Assembly: GCF_001194135.2 (NCBI RefSeq)
Contig: NC_068986.1
Location: 47,288,916 to 47,346,829, forward strand
DNA: 57,914 nt
Direction: 5' to 3'
From: Octopus bimaculoides
Lineage: Eukaryota
Part shown: positions 50,676 through 57,914 of the stretch, piece by piece
Layout: each line of letters opens with the position of its first letter
Numbering within the stretch: position 1 is the first letter of the stretch
Position numbers and translations under genes: made by a program
The notes under the pieces: model-generated
What the model was told of the DNA's origin: nothing
Databases searched by the model: none
The model's input: the letters and a program-made list of their open reading frames with translations, nothing else

Positions 50676-51339
50676 CACCTTCATAGAATTTTATCACAGT
50701 AATCTAGTAAGTGCAGGAACGGTCCTCAGCAAGACGAAGCAATGGTACATTTAAAACTTTAGATCTATGGATTGTATCTAGTTGTTTGACCAACAAGCTT
50801 TGACTTAAGGCCTCCATCTCTAGTGAAAGAGGATCTTAGTTAAACATGTTCTTTTTCCAAAGAGATTTTCCCAAAGCAAGTGTAAATTCTCTTTTATCAC
50901 AACCTCTTTCCCCAAATCCACTACTTCCTCTCTAATTCAATATTCCATTCTTGTTCTTTCTTTATGTCAATCACTTTCTCTCTGCATCAAAACCTCTCTG
51001 TCTGCCCGTCTCTCTCTCGCTCTTGTTCCATATCTACCACTTTCTTTACTTCAGTATCTGTCTGCTCCCCCACCTCTCTATTTATTTCACTCTTAGCTTC
51101 ATCTCTCTATCAGGTGAGTGATATGTTGAAGCGATAACTCTTTTAAAAGTCTTTTCTCTTGTTCAGTTTTATTTTCCTATCAAATTCTGTCTGTCTGTCT
51201 GTCTGTCTGTCTCTTAAAGAAGCAGAGGAACTGTCTAGATAAATGCATACATATTTACATACAGACACACATACATACATATACACACAAATATATATAC
51301 TCACACATATGTGGTGCATGTATCAAGAGAGAGAGGGGG

Positions 51340-51377
<38 letters not shown>

Positions 51378-52229
51378 TAAGGAATATTGGGGAAAGAATG
51401 GACAAATAAGTTCCAGAATAAGAAAAAGAAATAACTAAATACATACAAATATTAAAACAAACAAAACAAAAATAAAAAATACCGAATGAAGATATAATAA
51501 AGAAAAAGATTTCAATGCAAAAGAAAGGACCCTAAAAGCACTATTAAGAAGCAAGCAGCATAAGAAATATTCTCAAGTGTTCAGTTAGCCATTCAAGATG
51601 TTGCCAGTGATTGGCTAGAAAGTAAGATTTTTCTCTCCAAAGTCTAGTGGTTACCAAATTGTCTCTAATTCTCTCCAATGTCACCATCAGCTGCTAACTT
51701 TCCTCCCTTCTTCTGCCAAATTGACCTGCTGTTCAGTCAGATGGAACTAAACTTTAGCCTTCAATGAATGTCCAAAACAACCAGCTAACCAGCCAACTAA
51801 CCAGCCAGCCAGCCAGCCAGCCAGCATGCAAGGATGTAATGTTGCTGTTGAAGAGTTGAGGGTTTGCCTTCATGCATTTGGTCACTCAATCTCTAATTCA
51901 TTCTCTCTCATTCACTTACTCACATATTCTATCACTTCTTCACTCATTCACTCACTCACTCACTCACTCACAGCTCTCTTTCATCCAGAGAAGTAAGTTA
52001 CTGATCAGAAAAAGTAAGATGGAATAAAAGAAAAAAGGTAGGGGGTGGGGACAAAAAAGCTATGCAAGCATCTGAGCAGTTAATGAAAAGAATGAACCAA
52101 GTCAGAATAATTTATCAAGGATAAGGATAAGAATAAGAAAGCAAAAGAAAAGCCCTCAAAATGTAAGAATTTGATTTTCAAGCTCATTGGTTACTATGGC
52201 CAAATATTGTGAATCTTAAAGGAAAGAAT

Positions 52230-52766
52230 CTTATAGAATTAGAAGCTGAAGAGGTAAAAGAAAATAGGAAAAGAATATGAAAAAATGTGAAGAATTGGAA
52301 AGTTGATTTTTTTCTTCTAAAATAGAGAGGAAAGAAAATTCTACAACTTTGATTTTAGAAGGAATTGTTATAAATGAGAAAGTAAGGAAGAGAGAAAGAA
52401 AGAAAGGAAGGAAGGAAGAAAGAAACAAACGAATAAAAAGCAAAGGAAAAGAAAGAAGAGGGAGGGAGGAGGGAGAGAAGAAAGAAATACAAGAAAAGAA
52501 AGAAATACAAGAAAAGAAAGAAAAAGGAAAAAGAAGGTTAAGAAAGTAAAGAAGACAAAGATTACAAGAAGAAAAAAAGACGGAAAAAAAAATAATATGA
52601 GAATGAGGAAGAGGGGAGGAGGAAGAGGGGAGGAGGAAGAGGGGAGGAGGAATAGTTAAAAAGAAAGATTAGAAGAAAAAAGGAAATAGAAAGAAAGAAA
52701 GAAAGAAAGAGAAGAAAAAAGAAGAAGAAGAGGAGGAGGAGGAGGAGGAGGAGGAGGAAGAAGTTA

Positions 52767-52821
<55 letters not shown>

Positions 52822-52822
52822 T
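52230..52822. repeat. Purine-rich low-complexity tract ending in (GAG)n and (AAT)n
   Basis: Seen directly. Confidence 0.9.
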
Positions 52823-53261
52823 TAGAGACAGACGTGACAAAGAAAAAATAAATGAACTCAGGTTTCATGAAATGATACAATTCTTGCATTGAAACAAGAA
52901 CCTCAGATTTAGCCTAGTATGAAGGTAGGGTGAGATATTACTATGTTCATCTCTTCTCCAAGAGAAATTACATTGTAAATTAAATGAAGGAAATAGAATT
53001 TAACTTAGGATTTAAACCAAGTCCTAAACTCGACTTTCTGGGAATAAATCTGTTACAATAGCCCTCGTAAGATTACTTCTCATATTGAAAGAACATCTAT
53101 TCAACTGGCTAGAAACAGAAACCAAATCTCCCTTAAATCACACCATACTGCTTAAAAGAACAGAGAGGTAGAAATAGACTCATATGGTTCAAGATACAGT
53201 GTGTTAGAAAAAAAAAAAGTATCAGCTAGTATATCTGAAATGCTGTTGAACATGAGTTTCT

Positions 53262-53422
53262 TGAAATTTTTTGGGAGAGGACTAGTTGATTACATTGACC
53301 CTAGTAATTTATTGGTACTTAATTTATCGACCCCAAAAGGATGAAAGACAAAGAAATGTGAAGACAGATGAAATACTGCAAAGCATTTTGCCTAGTGTGC
53401 TAACAACTCAGACAGTTCGCCA

Positions 53423-53425
<3 letters not shown>
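53262..53425 (-). mobile_element. SINE family C
   Basis: Homologous to 54351-54570; the head abuts the (AAT)n at 53427. Confidence 0.75.
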
Positions 53426-53483
<58 letters not shown>

Positions 53484-53486
<3 letters not shown>

Positions 53487-54275
53487 ATTGAAACTATAGA
53501 CCACCTAATCTCAGGTCTTAGAGTCTTAGCATCTGTAGAATGTAAAGCAAGACATGACAGAGTCGGCCAATATTTACACTGGACAATATGTCGGCATTAT
53601 AAAATCAAAACTGCTGACAAATGGTATAAACACCATCCTGAAGCTGTGACTGANNNNNNNNNNCAATATGTCGGCATTATAAAATCAAAACTGCTGACAA
53701 ATGGTATAAACACCATCCTGAAGCTGTGACTGAGGGAGAAAATGTGTCAATTCTCTGGGACTTCCCCATACATACTGACGAACTATAAAAGCTAATAAAC
53801 TGGATATTATTATAAAAGACCAGACAAAAAAAATGTGTTAATTAATTGACATGAGTATTCCTTGCGATCACAATATAGCGGCGAAAGAATTTGACAAGAT
53901 CAGTAAATATAAAGACTTGCTAATAGAAATTGAAAAAATATGGCATCTCAAGGCGATTACTGTACCAGTGATTGTAAGATCTCTAGGAATGATTAAAAAA
54001 AGGTACTGAAGCCTATTTGAAAATGATACCAGACCTACCATCCCTACAGGAAGTGCAAAACATTGTGTTAACTGGAACGACTTATGTACTGAAAAGAGCA
54101 TTTTCGCTCTGAAAACAACATTGATTTATGAATTTATTTATTTATTAATTTTTTTTACATACATATTTTACCTGTGATTTTGTGTGTGTAAACTGGGAAT
54201 ACATACAATGAGCTTCTCTGCCCTAGGTGTACGGAAAACACTTGGCAAGAAATGGAAGAAAATTTGAAGAAAGAA
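53484..54275 (+). mobile_element. 5'-truncated R4/Dong-type non-LTR retrotransposon (restriction-like endonuclease C-terminus + 3' UTR)
   Basis: Reads ETIDHLISG..LA..E.KARHDRVGQYLHWTIC...HPEAVTEGENVSILWDFPIHTD..IKANK.DIII...LIDMSIPCDHNIAAKEFDKISKYKDL.IEI.KIW...VPVIV.SLG, with a stop at 54110-54112. It is flanked by (AAT)n on both sides. Confidence 0.88.
53584..53733. other. Probable assembly artefact: 70 bp duplicated across a 10-N gap
   Basis: 53584-53653 is identical to 53664-53733, and the LINE reading frame is continuous if one copy is removed. Confidence 0.85.
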
Positions 54276-54300
54276 GATAATAATAATAATGATAATAATA

Positions 54301-54350
<50 letters not shown>

Positions 54351-54570
54351 AATCCTTTCTCCCAAAGGCACAAGACCTGAAATTTTTGATGAGGGGACTA
54401 GTTGGTGACGCCACCTCCAGCGTTTCACTGGTACTTAATTTATCAACCCTGAAAGGATGAAAGGCAAAGTGAACCACAGAAGAATTCAAACTTAGAATGT
54501 AAAGACAGACGAAATGCCAAAAATAAGCATTTTGCCCCGGTGTGCTGACGATTCAACCAGCTCGCCACCT
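54351..54570 (-). mobile_element. SINE family C (tRNA-derived, (ATT)n tail), full length
   Basis: Minus-strand head aggtggcgagctgg, B-box-like gaattc, central gcctttcatcctttc.gggt.gataaattaagtacca, and tail cttgtgcc...gaaaggatt. A second, truncated copy follows at 54591-54690. Confidence 0.85.
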
Positions 54571-54954
54571 GAATAATAATAATAATAATAATCCTTTCAA
54601 CTAGAGGCACAAGGCCTGAGACTTTGTGAAAAGGGGCTAGTTGATTACATCGACCCTAGTGCTCAACTGGTACTTATTTTATCAACTCTGATATAAACAT
54701 TTTCCCTCTCTTGATATACAAAGTAAAATATGCTTACATAAACAGAAAGAGAGGGGAGAGAGGTGTAGGTAGGTTTGTGAGGATGCAAAGGATGAATGAG
54801 AGATAGAGGGGAAGGAAAAACAACAAATGATAAACTCAGGGGTGGGGTCAATGGGAGAAGTTTTAGGAAGATGGGTTGTGAGGTTGAGGTTTGTCAGGGA
54901 CAGATTGTGTATGGACATAACCAAGACGCCATTGTGGCCTCATTTTACAGAGCT

Positions 54955-55090
54955 GGATGGGTCTTCTCAAGCACAGTATATTACCAATTGTCATGGACCT
55001 TTGTCATCTCCTCTGTAAGATCCTTTCTTACCACTTCACCCCACATCTTCCTGGATCTGCCTCTTTCCTGTCTCAATAATATATTCATCA
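54955..55090 (-). mobile_element. RTE-clade LINE 3' remnant
   Basis: Reads RGRSRKMWGEVVRKDL...NW*YTVLEKTHP, resembling the RTE terminal RGRPRKTW...DL...WR motif. Confidence 0.6.
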
Positions 55091-56809
55091 AATTCATGTT
55101 TACATGGAAAAACAAGTATAACAGGATGGATGGATGAATGAATATATACACAAGACAGTCTTCCATACAGTATCTATCTTTCAAATGTCACTTAAATATG
55201 TATTGGTTAAGGACATGTTAGACAATATACACATATGGGTATCTGTGTATGTGCTTCTCTGTATTTTTCTCTCAATGCTTGCCAACTGATGTTGGTTCAT
55301 TTATATCCCTGTAACTTAACTGTTCAAGATAAAGAAATCAATTAAAAAGGTACCAGACTGAAAATAAATACACTAGTCAGTTCGATTGACTAAATACTTC
55401 AAATCATTGTTTGACTGAAACAAATATGATTCTGCATATAAGTCGAAAACTGGATGGTTCTGGTTGAATGATTTTGATTATAAGACTGCTTGATCAGTGC
55501 TGACCAAGGGCTAAAAAACAAGAATTACAACAGCTCTGACTAGAGGAGACAAAGTCAGCCAAATAGACCTTGAACCTAGAGTATAGAAATATAGACTGTT
55601 GTATATTTAAATCTTATAACATATAATTTCTGCTATTTCACATTATCTTTTAGAATGGATAATAATGATGTCAGAAAAGAAACTTTCATTAATTTCTATT
55701 ACCATAAATAATTTATGACTATTTTTCATTACTATATATGTTTGTGTATATGTATTCAATAATAATAATATTAATATTAATATCAATTCTTAACTGAATA
55801 TCTTTAGTAACACTACCACACACAATTAATTACTAATTCTGATTATTAATTGAATATTGCTTATTATAAACATTTGCATGTTGAGTGTTTCTCTGAAATT
55901 TAAAAAGCTTCAGAATATTCCTCAATCATATGTAGCATGTTATATAGTGGATATTACATCAATCTGCTTTGCTGTGAAAACTGGGCAAATCAAACAATTT
56001 AGCTCTATTAGATGGCAAAGATCAATGATAGCTATTAACACTGATAAAACTGGTCCAAATAGCTATTGCTTTCATAAATCGTTTAGTTGGAGATATCACA
56101 TCACATATTGCCTTATCTTCTTCTAGGCAAAAATCAACTATTTTTTTTTTTTTTTCATCTCAAAGCCTATCTCTTACTTTCCCTCAAACCCATAGTTTAT
56201 AATAGAAGTTTTCAATGTATTAGCATAAAACACTTTCAAAAGGACCTAGAATTTATAAACATGCACTTACGCCCACACACACACATGCACACACAAACAC
56301 ACAGAATGAAGGAGAAAGAGAGCGAGAGAGAGCGAGAGGAAAGGCGAGAGAAAAGAGGAGAAAGAATGGCTGTGTTAAACAAGAACACAAAACAAAAACA
56401 AACACTTAAAAGTAATAGAGCAATCACAGTAATTCATAATTAAAACAAAACAAAAAAATCCGAAGCAAATATGAAAAAGGAAAAACAAAAAAACTGTTAT
56501 TGAGGGAGATCTGACCTCCACATCTTTTCCTGCATGCTGAGAGAATATGAAAAGATTGTCATCAGCATCTTATCTTGTTATATGCAATGGCAGTTCACAG
56601 AAGCTAAGCTAGTCTATAAAATCATGTACAGTTTAGTATTAAACTTTATAGCCAACAAACCATTTCTAATGATTTGATGCCTTGATGAAAGAACTACTCA
56701 CTTGATATGCTGTCATTTATCTCCACGTTGTACATTGTCTCCTTACACTTTCATCTTGTGACGCGTTTCATGTTGATGTAGGTGTGTCATGCTTTATTTA
56801 GATGAGAAA

Positions 56810-57057
56810 AAGTTAAACACACACATACAAACACACACACACACTCATACACACACACCTACTCACACACACACACACACTCACACACAAACATATTTTC
56901 ATAAATATATATACATATATATATAAACACATCAACAAACTCATATTTGTAGAATATGAATGTATTTGGCCTGTAAAGTATTTACATGCATGCATATATG
57001 TGTGTATGCATGCATGCATGTGTGTAAGTGTACATGTAGGTATACATACATACATAC

Positions 57058-57155
<98 letters not shown>
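56810..57155. repeat. Compound (CA)n / (TA)n microsatellite
   Basis: Seen directly; representative of many (TA)n, (CA)n, (ATC)n, (AAT)n and (AGAT)n runs across the window. Confidence 0.95.
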
Positions 57156-57629
57156 GCATAGAATATGTGTTTGAAAAGTTGAACAATGAAAGTGCTTACA
57201 CACACAATACACACTGTGCAAAAATTTCTCCGTTGATGGTTTGTGATACTCTGTTCTCTAAATAATTAATTTTTTGAATAACTTTAATAATAAATCTTTC
57301 ATTAAATATTGTGACTGTATCAACTATTTTTTTAACCAAAACGTCTAATTATATATATATATATATATGGATGTTACACTCATGATCATAAGATTGTGGT
57401 TTCATTTTCTAGACCTGGTGGTGAATTGTGTTCATGAACAAAGCACATCGTCTTATTTTGCTCTGCAATCCCTTCAACACCTAAAATATGGTGCATCATG
57501 CACCTGTTCAGGCAACATCAATTTTATGGAGGGAATGAGCTAATGTACAGCATATACATATGGAGTATGTGGTTTATCAGTGGCACCTGCAAGATTTGCA
57601 TAGAATTAGGGCTTGAGTGAACAAAGCAA

Positions 57630-57692
57630 TACAGGATGGACGTATGAAAGTACAGGGTGGATGTATGAAAGTACAGGTTCGATGTATGAAAG
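57630..57692. repeat. 21-bp minisatellite, 3 copies
   Basis: tacaggatggacgtatgaaag / tacagggtggatgtatgaaag / tacaggttcgatgtatgaaag. Confidence 0.9.
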
Positions 57693-57914
57693 TAAACAAA
57701 TGTAATTTGAAATGATAGACAGAGACAATAAATAATGCCTTACCGCCAAACACGAGAATGATGGATTAAGGCCTGGAAGAAATGCTCAAATGGATATAAA
57801 AACAGAATTAATAAGACAGGAGAAAAAGTTGTCCAGTATGTTAAGCATCCAGTGACAAAATGGCAGAGAAAATAGAAAATCAGTCACATATAGAAAATCA
57901 GACATATACATATA

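Noticed and set aside
53584-53733. 70-bp tandem duplication in the R4/Dong LINE
   Set aside because: Identical copies flank a 10-N gap, the typical signature of an unmerged contig overlap.
57630-57692. Regular 21-bp repeats as a CRISPR-like array
   Set aside because: They are head-to-tail tandem units without spacers in eukaryotic DNA, i.e. an ordinary minisatellite.
1-57914. Most ORF-track entries (CVCV, YIYI, HTHT, poly-X, poly-N/S/I/H peptides)
   Set aside because: They are translations of dinucleotide or trinucleotide microsatellites or read-through of N gaps, with no domain content.

Overview
AT-rich, microsatellite-dense eukaryotic DNA from a gapped scaffold with 12 N-runs. It is not prokaryotic: there are no operons, rRNA, true tRNA genes or CRISPR arrays. 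The SINE families and simple-repeat load look like coleoid cephalopod (Octopus-like) DNA, which is an inference from memory and not a database result. Almost every entry in the ORF track is a microsatellite or N-gap artefact. The recognisable content is transposon-derived: about five tRNA-type SINE families, three Penelope-like element (PLE) fragments, a decayed DD37D (maT) Tc1/mariner transposon, a 5'-truncated R4/Dong-type LINE in a (TAA)n tract, RTE LINE remnants, piggyBac- and hAT-type MITEs, and a ~720-bp foldback palindrome. The most notable locus is the PLE at ~48854-50675 (minus strand). It has a 267-codon start-less open frame with a GIY-YIG endonuclease that the ORF track missed, a minimal type I hammerhead ribozyme near its 3' end, a 5' inversion with a perfect 30-bp overlap, and a 137-bp copy of genomic DNA from 5.8 kb upstream inserted between 17-bp direct repeats. 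A few plus-strand segments have strong splice signals (33.2, 36.4, 41.9, 42.3 kb) and may be exons of an unidentified host transcript; no host protein could be recognised. Most repeat boundaries are approximate.
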